This document shows positions 14,700-28,640 of a stretch of DNA of 64,000 bases, one piece after another. Each line of letters starts with the position of its first letter. Within the stretch, counting starts at the first letter, position 1. The notes beneath the pieces are model-generated. The model was not told the origin of the DNA, did not search any database, and saw only the letters and a program-made list of their open reading frames with translations. The DNA lies in assembly GCA_009103225.1 (NCBI GenBank), contig RHPI01002264.1, forward strand, positions 99,633-163,632. The letters are read 5' to 3'. The position numbers and the translations under genes were made by a program. The stretch comes from Chlorokybus atmophyticus. Its lineage: Eukaryota > Plantae > Mesostigma and Chlorokybus algae.

Positions 14700-16680
14700 C
14701 ATCATGTCCTCCCCGCACTAACGTGTCGGCACATACACACCCATACACACACGTACCGTAGAGTGCGAGACCCACAACACGATGTTGTTGGCGCTGCTGC
14801 GCGGGTCCACAGCGATGCCGAGGGTGAGTTGCCCGACGAGCGTGTCGTATCGCTTCAACCAGAAGATCTTCCCGTTGCGATCGAAGCGCATGGCGTAGAT
14901 GTAACCGCCGTACGACGTCACGTACATCACGCCGTTGGGAGCCAACACCATGTTGGTTGGGGAAAAAGAAAGCTGCAGGCATGTGTTCGTGTGAGTGGGT
15001 GTGCATGCGAGTGTACGTGGTCGCACACGCGTGTCTTTTCGTATGAACGGGCGTGACTATGTGCACATGCGCGCAAGCGCGCGCGCACACGCATGCACAG
15101 GCTGGGCTCATGTGTGTATATGTGCATGTGCAGATCTGAGCCCCATTATATATCCCATCTCACCAACACTATCAACACCCGCACGCACCTTGTTGTCCAC
15201 GCGTTTCCAGCGTATGCCATCGGGTGTCTCTTCCACCTTCTGGCCCTGTTCGGCCCACGCGGCAAACGACTGGAAGTTGTATATGACAGTGCCGGGACCG
15301 TTGACTTGCGACGCAAACACGCCCGCGAATGTGGTTGTGCCCGCGCGGGGATCGATGGTCGCGGCGTCAAAGGAAAACACCTCGTTGGGAACTGAGAGTG
15401 GTGGAGCCATATTGTCAGCATGTGAGTATGTGTGGTACGCGTGTGTGTGTGTGTGTGTGTGTGTGCATGTGTGCGAGCGTGTGCACGCATGCGTGTGCGA
15501 GTGTGCATATGTGTTCTTGCGCTCTGTATGCGTGCTTGGGCTCACTGTGTTGAGTGAGGCAACATGTATACCTTTTATAGAGCCAACTAATATGGGTTTT
15601 GAGCCGCTCTCGAGCCAGTAGTAACCCACGGCTGTCGCCTGATACGGGTTCAACTCCATCTGGTGACAACCAACACAACATTCATACAAGTGCGACAACA
15701 ACAACAACAACAACAACAACAACAGGCTCCCTACCTGTAGTGCGAGTGATGGATACGGTGCGGGTGGGAGCTTGGCCATGGCGACTGCTGTTCGGCTGCC
15801 AGCTGTCTCGGCTAGTAGTTGTATGTACACGCCGTCGTGCATGCCAATGAGGCAGAGCTTGACGTAGTTGTCCTCGTCGCCGCCGGCCCACAAACCCGCC
15901 TGCTCGAAATCGGCCCCCGTCGGAGGAGATAACAACACCGTCCTCAGCATGTAGGGCGTCGATGGAGGCGGCAAACCAACACCGATCCTGTTCAGTTGAC
16001 TGAAGAGAGAGACGGGCATCAGCATGGTTGTACGCACATGTGCACAGATGTACACATGCACACGCACGCACACACCCACACAAACACGCATGTACACATG
16101 CCTACACACACCTGCACACGTATACCTGCATGCGCAAGCACATACGCAGACACGCATGCGCATGCACACAACATGTGCATGTGTCTCACTTATTGCGGCC
16201 TTCAAAGCAGTTTCCTGGCGTGGCGATGATGGCCAGGTAGCCTTGTGTGTTGTCAACACGGAGGTCACCGGGGACATACCCGTTATCCGTGGCCAATGAG
16301 GACGCCTCGCAGTAGGTGAAACCTGTTGGCACGCCGTACACGTCCACCACACCCAACCCATACTGCACACACATGCGTGAGCAAGTCACCCATCAACAAC
16401 ATCGAAACCATCAACATCATCAGCATTGCCTTACTTGTGGTTCGTTCCATTTAAGGTTGACTGGTAGGTCCACCATCACACGCGGGCATATGGATGTTGG
16501 GAACATCACTGGCGGGCAGTCTGCAGGCTCCAGCGGCCTCAACGGCTCCGCCCATGCCGTGGACCACAGCGACGACGACAACAGCAACAACAAGCAGGAT
16601 GACAACAACGACGAGTGAAACCGCAACATCGATCTGCACAGAGACAAGCTGCTGCTGGCGCAACAACTATGCGTCTTCAT
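13060..16680 (-). CDS. Secreted bacterial-type protein: concanavalin/DUF1349-like N-terminal domain plus glucose/sorbosone (PQQ sugar) dehydrogenase-like beta-propeller, about 10 or more exons
   Basis: Signal peptide MLRFHSSLLSSCLLLLLSSSLWSTAWA. Later exons: FEQAGLWAGGDEDNYVKL, PTNMVLAPNGVMYVT, TLGIAVDP, NHAINSLHFAPNGVLFFSVGSNT, YATGIRNMYDFAWHP, GKYYGHPNPAR, FLDPIALEQDHYGNVYVA. Ends at TGA at 13060. Confidence 0.7.
14666..14697. repeat. (CA)n microsatellite in an intron
   Basis: Direct CA run. Similar (GT)n runs lie at about 6149-6168 and 15441-15464, and an (AAC)n run at about 15695-15723. Confidence 0.9.
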
Positions 16681-19600
16681 CACCTGCATGCATGAGAAGT
16701 GGGTGGGTGGGTGGGTGGGTGGGTATACTAGGTGTTTCAAAGTGCATACAAGATGAAAGCCTGATGCATGCACTCAGATCACTGCTTACCAGGCCAGGCC
16801 TGGCGGCGGCGGAGGTGCGCATGCAAGTAGAAGAAATGATGCACGTCCACCCCTGACTTCGTCTCCCTATGCCAGCAAGCCAACCAGCAAGCCAAACTAT
16901 GCTACCAATCTATGCCCGCCGCCGCTGCAGAGGAGTGATTGCCACAGACGATGAGTCAGGCCAGCAGCAGGGGCGGCGGCGGTGGGCGGGCACCTAGTAG
17001 AGACACGTGGCTCAATGCGGTGTTCTGGCCTGGCCTGGTCGATGTGGACATTGTCTCATTATTGGCCGTTCATAAAAGAGCCGTTAGCCAGCAGACGTAA
17101 GGAAGCTTTGCCTAACGTTCTTATACGCAATTCGCAACATGCGATGCACACTGTGGCATCAACAACAACGCCACGGTCGGGCAGTGTTACGACTGGCCTT
17201 ATCCGAAGCTTGTGACCGTTTCGGTCGATCAAGCGTTACGCCAACAAAAGCGTCACGATGCGTAACGCTCCGACCGTAGCGCTGTTACGTAGCCAACTTT
17301 CGTACGAAGATCCCAGCAATCGCATAGCTAGCATAGCATACTTGAAGACCACATGATTTACAGGTGGAAGGGAATGTGGTGGTCTGGTCGAAGTTGAACA
17401 CCAGACTCTTATACTTGAATAACGCAGTACAATCTCTGCCCACAAATGGCAGCGATTACACATGTACATGCCATCATGGCATGAGCGAGTGCCGACACAC
17501 GGTTATTTGATTCAAGTATTGGCTAGCGGCCACAGATGCAGCAGTTTATGCCGGCCAACGTCCTTCAGCACAAGTATAGTACGGCGTAATGTACGAGCAG
17601 CTGCTCATTGCTTAATAAACACGCTATCTTCGCAATAAACCGTCTGCATGCGCATATGCATGCAGCATGATTGCTCGCATGCACAAGTGTACAATGACAA
17701 ATATTGCATATGCAATGCATGTTAATGTTACATATGTGTATGTATTTATAAGTGTGAGGAGATATTAGTGGGTTAGCATGCGAAGTCGAACATTAACATC
17801 TCATCAAGATCTTCTGGTTAAATAATGCATAGCACAATTTATGCAAAAACAATCAGCGTGTACACAAGTGTATGCCATCATGGCATGAGCTAATGCTGAC
17901 ACATGGTTTTTCAGTTTGATTGCTGGTTGTGTCGATCATCATACGCATCAGCTTAACAAATAAAGTATGCTTGCAAACAGTTATCAGCTTGTATATAACA
18001 AGAGGTATCCTATGAGCAGCTACTTGTTGCTTAATCAACACACCATCTGCACAAAACCCATGCACACATATGCATGCATCATTACTCGCATGCACAAGCG
18101 CACATTAGCAACCATTGCATATGCACAATAGACTATAAATATAAATAATATATTTATATATACGAATGTGATTAACATATCCTCGCAGGGGTTATTACAT
18201 GTGCTCATACATTAATCATGCATGTACTGCTTGTTATGATACTGAACGTTTAATGCATGATTGCTTGGCGCTTACTTTTCTTATGTCATGTGTGTAGATG
18301 TGTGTGTATGCATGTGGCAACCTTTTTAATCTCAAGTGTTTGTTGCTCGTAAAATTGATATTATACAGTCCATAACACATTAAGCCCAGCTTTGTTTCAT
18401 GCCCCTCTCGAAGGGGCACGGCACAAAGTTCGCAATTCATGCAATAAATGTCAGATTGTACAATCTAATTGCATGAAGTCATTATGCTTATCAATAAGTT
18501 CGTGCGGGCAGAAAGTGCGGGTAGAATCAGATTTTCCACCAAGCATACGAAAGCGCGCCTCTATTGCGCGCGGCTCCAACGGAACACGTGAGCTGTCACG
18601 AAGTTCAGACGCTAAAACAAAAATCATTTCAAAAATAAAAGCTCTTTTTTTGCTGAGGCAGCAAGTAGATTGTAATAAAGGCCCACAACATGGCGTATAT
18701 CACAATTATTGCGGAAGAGTGAGTGAGATTGTTATATATCGGCATTCGACACTCGTGTCCCGAAACCTTTAAAAAGCATATGCGCATACCTTCAAAGTGC
18801 CATTTGTCGCTCCACGCGCACCGGTCTTACACATTGTGCACGCCATTTGATACAGTCTTTACCGAATGGAGCACCATATACAAGACCAGTGCTCATCACA
18901 ACTTATGCAAAACATAAGCGCTAATTGCATGCTACGTACTAACATGCATATACATATACGTATATATATACATATACATATATATATACAATCGGAAGCA
19001 AAAATCATTAGAGGTGATTATTTTATTTGTAATTATGTAATGCTTACTATAGGTTACATGTAGAATGCATGTTTGCTTGGCGCTAATTTTATGTCTTGTG
19101 GCTTGAGAAAGTTCAATTGTGAATTATTGCTTGTACAATCATTGGCTCTAAGTTATGCCCTTTCAATTTGCAAGGTCACTACTTCTGTTAACAAGCAGCA
19201 GCACGGGCATAAGTTGCAATTGATGTTCATACGCATGTGCGTGCGTGCAAATATTGCAACATGTAGATGGGCTTTATATATAAAGGAAAATTGCAGTGCA
19301 AGGCCCTTTGTTTATTTGGGCCCCGACTAATATAATTCTTGTCGTAATTACATCAGATAAACGCCCACAAGATGGCGACCATTTCAGAATCACCGTGCAG
19401 CAATAGCTGCACGGTGATTTGTCTCATATTGATAGCGTCAATTTTCGCAACCTCCCAAACATGGCAGACCTTTATAGCTTCAGAGTTGCACTGGTCACTA
19501 ACTTGAGTGGCACTTCAACATATCGTGTGCACTATGTGAAACATTTGTGAGAAACACTATGATTATAAACGCGATATTTCATGACATGCATGCAAATACC

Positions 19601-19689
19601 ACTTGTGCTTACAAACCGCTTATTGGTGTACGTAAAAGTTACACTGTAACATTTACTACAGTGTGAGCCCTCCCCCTTGTTTGAGTCCC

Positions 19690-19837
19690 NNNNNNNNNNN
19701 NNNNNNNNNNNNNNNNNNNNNNNNNNNNNNNNNNNNNNNNNNNNNNNNNNNNNNNNNNNNNNNNNNNNNNNNNNNNNNNNNNNNNNNNNNNNNNNNNNNN
19801 NNNNNNNNNNNNNNNNNNNNNNNNNNNNNNNNNNNNN
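19690..19837. other. Assembly gap (N run) next to a poly-C tract
   Basis: Run of N, followed by about 16 C. Confidence 0.99.
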
Positions 19838-22800
19838 CCCCCCCCCCCCCCCCTCGGGCAAATAAACCTCCTTAGCAAATTCATGCGAAATTTATAATTG
19901 CACTTTTCGGTTTTTCTCCCTACAAGTGCGCAGCTCTTTCTCCAAAGGAGTGCAGGGCCTGCTTTACACAAGCACATGCATAAACTTAAACATGCACATG
20001 CGTGTATATTGGCACGACTTGATGCCTTGCAGATTTACCCATTTTTGCAAACCCATTACTAGTATGTATAGTATGGAAGGTTGCTTGGATGGATATCAGC
20101 GCCTCTGGATGCCACCCATGATTGATGCTTTAATAAAATGTAAAAAGGTTACATGAAGCGTTATTAATTATGAAGGTCTCTTTAGTGCTGATGGTTAGCA
20201 AGTGCAGCACTACAAAACTTTGAACTTATTGCAAGTAACAAGTTTATGCCACATTTCCTTATACACAGCAAATTTCGTGCTTACGTAGTGCACGACCCCA
20301 CTGATGATTCAAGCTTGGTTGGAGGAAGCGGTGCTGTCCTCACAACTTTTAAACCAACCTGCTGGTAGGTTGTCGTTAGTTTAAGGCTTGCTGTTGTACT
20401 TGTCTTACAATATGCTATAAGGTGCTGCGGTTGATCCGCAAGATTATGTCACCTAATCTAGCTGATTGAGCGATTGCGAGCGACAATGTGATATTCTAAA
20501 AGTCCGCATTGATCAAAAAGGTAATTCAGCTTCAAGTACAACAATTTGCACGCTAATTAGCGAAATCCGTGACGTGTTTGTGTTCCTTTTAAAGAACGCC
20601 AACACATTTATCCGATAAACGTGTTGAGCCGTTGAGTCATTGCCTTGAGTCGTTGAGGTGAGTGATAGTTAGACTTACAATGCTGTTTACCGCAGGCTTT
20701 AGCAAGTGTGCATAGCTAAACAAATTTTGGCTTAACAGTGTTAACAAAATGCTTTTCTTATGCAGGTTTGTGGCATGGATCATCACGGGCAAGCAGGCTA
20801 TTGTGATTGGGAAGGACGTTAGAGCCGATGCGAAAGCTGGCTTGTAATTACACGCATGGCTTGTAACTATGCAAGTACAAAGAAATGGCACCTTAAGTTG
20901 AAAACACGCACAACACGACAGTGCTGACAGTATGTGTCCAAAGAATAAAGAGATTTTCACCACTTCAACCCCCACCTCATCGTGAGGTTAGCCTATATAG
21001 GGGTGAAAGGGAGGGCCCAATGCCACCTCAACCTTAACCCCAAGCAACCTGCATTAAATACAACTTGTGCAAGCTGATGCACCCATGTACTTGTTACCCG
21101 CTCATGTGACTCATTTTTGTGATGACTCACTTATGATGTTGAGTAAAAAGTTGTATATTAGCAAGGGTTTTACATCCAACACATGCAAACAGCAACTCAT
21201 ATGATTATAAGTCTCATAAGTAGTTACATGTACTACATAGTATACAAAACTGCATACAATGTTAACTTTTAACAACTTTTAACAAGTATAATACAGCAAC
21301 GAATGTAATATTTCACACGCGTACAATATGCTGAATGCCGTATCAAACTTTAGAAAACATGGGACATTCTTTTTATATCTTTGACACTTCAATTTGGCAT
21401 TACTTTGATGTCAGATAGTCGCACACCAAGCATGAGCGCATGCACCCGCAGCAAATGCACGAAAAGCGGCCATTGCATAAAAATAGAAGGGCTTGCTAAC
21501 TTAACAGACCACATTAATGGCGACGTTGAGGTGCAGATTATGGCTGTGCATTTCAACCGTTAAGCTCTGCGTTGTCATCTTTCAGCAACCACAATTGTGC
21601 CGTTATTACTAATATAGTTGTTCAACATCGTGTTCAGTGTAAATGCGAGCTTTCAGTGTCGATGTGCTGCCCTTGCTAGATCAAGCACGCTTCTACAAAA
21701 TAGTGGTTGAGTGACACCTTACAGAAGGCGGTGTTGTGAGCAAAAGGGTTACGATCAGGTTTGTCCCACATGCGCAAAATAACTCCATAGCCATTCCGTT
21801 TCGAGAACGCAATGTTAATTTGCTTCAGGAGAGGTTAATTTCAGAGACATCATACTCTGATAAATGCTATCGGATTTGCAAAAAGGCTTCAATTGTGCAA
21901 TGTTGCGTGCTAAACCCTCAACAGCAATGGTCAGCAGATGGATGTTGTCGTGAACAACGACGCGGATGTAAAAGCCACATCATATGACGAACTCGACACA
22001 AGGTAGAACCCCCATCAGCCGAAGGTAAAAGATGTATGACATTAGTGTACAACAGCAAGCAGTGACGGGGAGTCATGATTAAGCACACGACAAGTAAAAC
22101 ATTCTACTTTCAACCTTATTAGCATCATTAACCAAAACTTTAATCCTAACCATCTACTGGTAAAGTTAACCTTAACCCAAATTCAGCCTAAACCCCAACC
22201 TCATTACAATCATGCACAACCTAACCTTATAAGGTTAGGCATGATTGTGTTTAGGGCATAAACCCAGCGCTGGGTTGATTAATAAATAAACCCAGTCCCA
22301 ACCCCAATTGCAACCCCAACTTCAACTTCAACCCGCACAGCCAGCCTTAATCTCCACCCTTACGGGCAATGTTAACTTTAGCCTTCAAGGCCTTTAAGTT
22401 GACATCAAATTTAACGTCAACCTCAACCTTCATACGACATGTGTAAGATGTTATACTGTGTTGTAATACAAGTCTTTCAATACGGTATGCGTAGCTGCAT
22501 TGCGTGCCTTATATAAATACACTCATGCTTTTGTATTCTTAAAGTTAACATGATCATGCATGAGACATGGTCATTTTATACATACATGCATATGCATACA
22601 CCCTGCAACATACATTTGTACAATACATGCGAAAATAACGACCTCATGGTGCGTAGTGCATCTTCTTGTTTGGATACCACCATATCAGTTGCGTCTAAGG
22701 CTAAGCCCATGCACGTTGCGAAACATAACAGGCTGATCAACAGATTGCATTTCCCTTGCACAAGCTTCATGTCGCATGTGATTAGTGTTGAGGTTATGAC

Positions 22801-23339
22801 AACTGTGTGGTTAATGGCATGAGAGTAACGAGTCTAAAACCGATATCCTCGCTTCGATGTCACAGTATGCAATGGGGTAGACATGCAGTGTACTTAAAAG
22901 CGCATATATTATAGTCGTCAACAGGATTTACAACACAACATTATGCAAAAAGGGAGTCTACTTGCCCAAGCATGCATCCTGGAAATAAGCATGCTCTTAT
23001 AACTTGATTAAATAGACATTGACAACAACACTTCTGTTTTTAAGCATGGATTATACACTATATATAACGTTTATGTTTCATAACATATTGCTAACAGCAT
23101 TGGAGTAAGTGTATTAATATGTGTTTGCAAACACAACTGTTAAGATAAGATTCCGAAAGCGATATAATAACATTGGTGTTGATCATCGGATAGGTAACAG
23201 CTTTGCTTTAGCAATGTTTGGAAACACTTAAGCAACCAGCAAGCGTTGTTGTGTGCCTCACAACTGCTAGTAATAGTGCACATCAGCATCGTGACAAGTT
23301 GAGAATTTAAGTTGGAGGGAAGGCACTTTATTGATGCAA

Positions 23340-24890
23340 CACACTCAAGTTGAAGTGCACACTGCCAGTGGCAGTGTATTGCATATACCACAAGGCAGGG
23401 CCGGGACCAAGTCACTTGCACGACGCTGGTAGCCTACCAAGGCACCAAGGCTGCTCTGAGGGATGACAACATGAAAACAACTACATGTTTGCCTACTAGT
23501 AGTCCACGTCCTCCATGCCACCTCTCTCACCAAGTGGTTCCAGCGCACTGGAGCGCCCCCCATCCGGACTCAGCCGCTTTTTGGCGCGCACAGTCAGCGC
23601 ATTCTTTCGGCTATTGGAAACTAGATTCTTCCTTTGCAAGTGCGCCTCCATCTGCCAACATGCAAGTTGTTAGCATTGTGAATGTGTGCATAGTGGTGTG
23701 CATAAATACAAAGTTACCACAATCTCTAAGATTGTGGTAAGATTGTTGCGGGCAGCAAATGCAATGTCCAACGCACTGCATGGGATCTCGTTGTCCACCA
23801 CCTTCATCCCATAAGCATAGGTGCCCATGAGGATCTGCAGAAATACTAGATTGCACCATTCATCATTTAGGGTCGTCCGATGCTTGTCATCCTCTAAGTG
23901 CTGCGACAGTGGCTGCATTGCAACAAGTCCACAAACTCCCTCTGCCTTGAGAACTTGCTCCTTGCCATAAGCTGTTGTGCGGGGACGGCAAGCCTCATTT
24001 CAATTCAGCCGCATCCAGTGTCTCAACAATGTAAGGCACTCTGATGGTTGGGCGAGCACACTGTACCTTTGTTGAGCACTCCAGCTTGGACATCAAAGCA
24101 ATTATGATGTCCTTGTGAAATTAGCGGGCGCATTAGGTGCCGACTATGCTGATGCGGCACCAGCGTGTGCTTGCTGATTGGCTTGGTGACTCGTTTATGG
24201 ACAAACAAGTGTGTTCATGTGCTATGCTTGCAATGATATGGCGTTCAACACATTGTACATGTCGCTGCATGATTAACAACATCTTGGCGTGCGATCTCAT
24301 GAGAGTTCGCATGTCTTTGATCTTCGTTCACATGGCGTTTGCTTCCTTGTTAGCCTTGTTGTTGACTGTCAGTGCCCTAGAGCCTACAACGCACATGGGT
24401 GGTGTGTAATGCAGCAGAAGTGCTGTGCTCAGTCACATGCATATGTACGCATGTTAGTACACATTGCAGCGCACCGGCGGCATGCACGCTTCTTTGCTGG
24501 TGCTTTGCGCTTGCCTTCACCACGCGCGCGTGACGTGCACTTGCATTTGCCACAAGCTCCCTTCTCCTCAAACTCATCATCTTCATTAGTGTTATCATCG
24601 TCATCGTCTTCTTCATTGTCATCCTCACCCTCAGTGTCGTCATTGTTGGCCTCTTCTGCAATTGCCACGGCAACTGCCAACGTAGTAGCGACGCATGCCA
24701 GTGAAATGCTTATGTGTTCAGTGTTGTGCAATCTGAATACCTAAAATGCTTGCTTTACCTTTTCCCGGCCTTGTGAATTTGTTCCAGCTCCGCTTCAAGT
24801 TCAAGTTTTTCCAAGTCCACCGATTCATCGTCGTCACTGGGACCGAAAGGAGTATGGTCTGATCGGGAAGTTGTTAAGTCTGCACACGTA
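23340..24890 (-). pseudogene. Degenerate multi-exon gene, possibly a hAT-like transposase remnant, cut at its 5' side by the LTR at 24894
   Basis: Exon-like pieces: an acidic tract (EEANNDDTEGEDD...), a Cys cluster CGKCKC..CRRC, MVQSSISAD-x19-CVGH (like the hAT D..CxxH spacing) and APVRWNH (like hAT TRWNS). Several in-frame TGA stops. Confidence 0.3.
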
Positions 24891-24893
24891 AAT

Positions 24894-25561
24894 TGTGACG
24901 GTGCTTGTGCCTTGTCACCTATAAGTTGGTCCAATCAACAACCCTCTTACCAAGCTACGGTATTCACACCGGAACCTTGCCCCCTCTGCCAAGCACACGC
25001 GCGCCCCGCCACTCACGTACGCACGCGCGCGCGCTCGAAGCTACACACCGACTTGTGTAGCGCTTTGGATCGTCACACAAGCAAGTAAACACCAGTGGAC
25101 ACACGCTAGCAACCCCTGCCAACCACCACCAGGCTTGCACACAAGAAACTAGGGAGCTAAAGGTTGTGTTGCACATTGTAGAATGTCGCTTCTATACCTA
25201 TCAGTCTGCACATGCTATTGTCTAGACAATTCCCGTGCTACACAAAACCAGATGCTAAGATGCTATTGCAGAACCTTGTAGTATACTTTTGGACCTTTCT
25301 TACGCACCAAAGATCTCCTGATTAGGTGCTCATATGGTTAAGTGATACTACTTGGCGCCAGGCCCTTCCAGAAATCTGGTTGAGCCCTTCTCGACTGGCC
25401 CTCCGTTTTCTGGCACCTTCCGGACTGGTCCTGGGGCCCCGGTCGATATCCGCGGCAGACTCATAGCTCGCCGATATCTGCCACAAGTCATGAGAACGTG
25501 GTGTTCGATAAATGGTCCACAAAAGGTCATAAAGTCATGAAACTTGGCCTTGACCGTTACA
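24894..25561 (-). repeat. 3' LTR of element A
   Basis: On the minus strand it starts TGTAACGG right after the PPT and ends CCGTCACA. It shares GGCAAGGTTCCGGTGTGAA with the LTR of element C. Confidence 0.75.
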
Positions 25562-28500
25562 CTCCTCCCCCCCTAGGTGAGCTTCGTCCTCGAAGCTCTC
25601 GAAGATTCTCTGATTGTCGTTGCAAATACGGTTGCGGGATATGTTGTGCATTTGCCAAGTGCTCCTTCGGTTCTCAAGTGGCTTCATGCATCAGTTAGCG
25701 TTTCCACTTCACCAAATCACTTTCCACTTCACCACTACGGTATTTGCGCACGTTGCGCACCATCTTCTCACCCAATATGCCTTCACTGCGCATTCCATAT
25801 GACCTTCCGTAGCCAACTCAGGCGGTGGACACAATGGTGGCTCTCCTCGATATGATTTTAGCAGGGATATGTGAAAGACAGGGTGGATGTGCATAGACTC
25901 GGGCAGGCAACTTGTACGCCGCTTCCGAAACCACTTTTAAGACTTGAATTGGCCCAAGCCAGCGCTTACTCAACTTGCAAAATTTAGCACGCACCTGTAA
26001 GCTCCTCGCAGATTGCAATACCATGTCGCTTTCTTGAAACGTGACATGTCGGCGATGCGCGTCTACGTACTGTTTTTGCCTATTATTAGCCACCAATCGC
26101 GCCTCTCTCGCTGCCTTGTTGCTGTCCGCACACATTGTAAGAAAATCGCTTACTACTTCCATATTAACATCACTTTGTCGCGAGGTCCACGCCACCAGCA
26201 GTGTCAGCGGGTGTTGGCCGTAGTTCATGAAAAAGGGGGTGACACAAGTGCTTGCATTGGTGTGGTTGTTGATGGCAAATTCCACCACTTCCAGCAACTC
26301 CGCCCAGTTGTCTTGCATTCACGTAGCAGCGCAACATATCTTCAATCACACGGTTCGCTCGCTCCGTTTGGCCATCAGTTTGCGGGTGGAAAGCCGTGCT
26401 AATCTTTAAGGTAGTACCCAGTGCACTTTGCAGCGCCTCCCAAAACGTACTTGTAAAGCGGGGATCACGATCGCTCATAATGCTTCGTGGTAGTCCGTGG
26501 GAATGAAAGACATGCTTTAAAAACAAGCTTGCTGCCTCTGGTGCCGTGCAAGACTCACAACGCGGTGCCAAGCGTACCATTTTGCTGGTTTTGTCTACAA
26601 ATACAAGTATTGCGTCGTACCCTTCTATTGTCTTCAGCAGCCCCGTAATAAAGTCCATAGTAACTTGCTCCCACTTGGACAATGGCACGGGAAGAGGTTG
26701 TAGCAACCCACCTGGCTTTTGGTTGCTTGCTTTCACCCTTTGACATGCGTCGCACAACGCCACATAGTCGCGTACATCACAATGCATCTCCAGCCAGTAA
26801 AAGCATTGTTTCAAGCTTGCCAATGTCCTCTCCACTCCTTGGTGGCTAGCAATGGGTACGTTATGAGCTTCCTTAGAAGTTGAACGCGTATATGTGCAAC
26901 ATCAGGGATGTACAAGCGGCCATGATGCCATTATCGGCCGTCTTGCTTTGACAAATGTCCACTTGTGTCCGTTGCTGTGCTCTCCATGTCTCGTAAGACT
27001 GTCCTACCCTCTGTCTTCGCAAAGCACTTGGCGCATCTGGTCGGCCCACTCCGGTTGCACTTAAGCGAGTGCTTCAATCGCATTCAACCGGCTTAACGCG
27101 TCGGCCACGCTATTAGACGTACCAAGCTTGTACTCAATCTTCAAATCAAAAAGTCGAAAGAACTCCACCAACCGCGCTTGTCTCCGGCTTGGATGTGGTT
27201 GTGTCTGTAAGTACCTCAATGGGGGAATGGTCCGTCCTGAGCCCGAACGCTTTGCTTAAAAAAAGCATCGCCATTGTCGCAGCGCCATACTTGCGCAAAT
27301 AGCTCCTTCTTGTGCACACGGTAGATCAGCTCTGCTCCACTTAGTTTCTTATTACAGAACGCTACAGGTTGAAGACCCATGCCTTGGTCTTGCTGTAACA
27401 CAGCTCCAACAGCTGTGTCGGATGCGTCACAAGCCAAAGTGAATTTTTTCTGCATGTCGGGGTGAGCTAAGACGGGTGCCTCTGTCAACGCCTTCTTCAA
27501 CGCAGCCAATGCATGCTCTTCCTTTGTAGGCCAGCTCCAAGACATCCCTTTCTTGAGTTGGATGGTCACAGGGCCGCAATGCGCAAAAATACCATGATAA
27601 ACTTGCGATAATACTGCAAGGCCTAAGAACGACATTACCTCCTTCACGTTGGTCGGGGCTGACCATTCGCGCACCACGTGCACTTTGTTAGCGTCCGGCT
27701 TGATCCCTTCGTGTGACATAATGTGGCCCAGGTACTCCACCTCGCGTAGCAAAAACGTGCACTTCCATAGCTGAGCGTACAACTTGTGCTCGCATAAATG
27801 CTGCAACCCCCGCCATAGAAGACTCACATGCTCGTCCTTCGTCTTCAAGTACACTAGAATGTTGTAGAGGTACACGAGGACTCCCTTACCCAGCAAGTCA
27901 GCAAAAACGCTATTCAACGTCTGAAACGTCGCTAGCGTGTTCGTAAGCCCAAACAACATCACTAACAACTCATAATGTCCATAGCGCGTGTTGAACGCTG
28001 AGTTCTCCACGTCCTCAGGTGCGATGCGGATCTGATGATAACCTCCACCAAGATCAAGTGTGGTAAAGTAGTGTGCACCTTGTAGCTGCTCCAGCAACTT
28101 GCCAATACGCGGTAGTCGTATCGGCAAGTTGATGGATAGTCAATGCACATACGCAGGCTCCCAATTTTCCTTTCGCACGGACAATGTTGTTGCACCATAA
28201 GGTGACTTACTTAGCCGGATGTAACTTCTCTTCAGAAGATCCGCTATCTGCTTCTCGGCCTCCTCCAACTCCAGAGGTGAACTTATACACAGGCCTGGTG
28301 GGTGGCTTGTGCACGCCCTCAATCAACTCCACACGGTGATCAACGCTCCGTAAGGGTTGCAAACCAGCTGACAATCCGTCCACCATGATATCTTGGTAGT
28401 CATAAACAAGGTTGCACACCTCGGGGTCCATTGTGGCTGTTTGAGTGCAGTCACTCAGCTTCGGTGCTGACTTTGATGTGCTCTAACGCACCACGCACAA

Positions 28501-28640
28501 CCATGCAGCCTTTGCTTTTTGTGGGATAGCAGCCTCCTCAATTGCACATAGGAAACTTGAGCAATGCTAATCCCACATGATTGCGCGTGCCGTGCCTTTC
28601 CGGTGCTTGTATCCCCTTGCAGGTGCTCAACGCACATGCG
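24894..28640 (-). mobile_element. Ty3/Gypsy chromovirus-type element A, 5'-truncated and degenerate (RT-RNaseH-integrase-chromodomain plus 3' LTR)
   Basis: Minus-strand RT (LDLGGGYHQIRI, VYLYNILVY), RNaseH (CDASDTAVGAVL), integrase (CDACQRVK, AFHPQTDGQTER) and a chromodomain remnant. PPT GGGGGGAGGAG lies just before the LTR. The pol is a clear sister of element C. Confidence 0.9.

Noticed and set aside
6100-16400. Many Cys/Val/His/Thr-rich ORFs in the ORF track
   Set aside because: They are translations of CA/GT-rich introns, not genes.
20600-22450. Cys-containing ORF fragments as a SWIM/MULE transposase
   Set aside because: Too many stops and no catalytic motifs could be traced; at most a decayed repeat.
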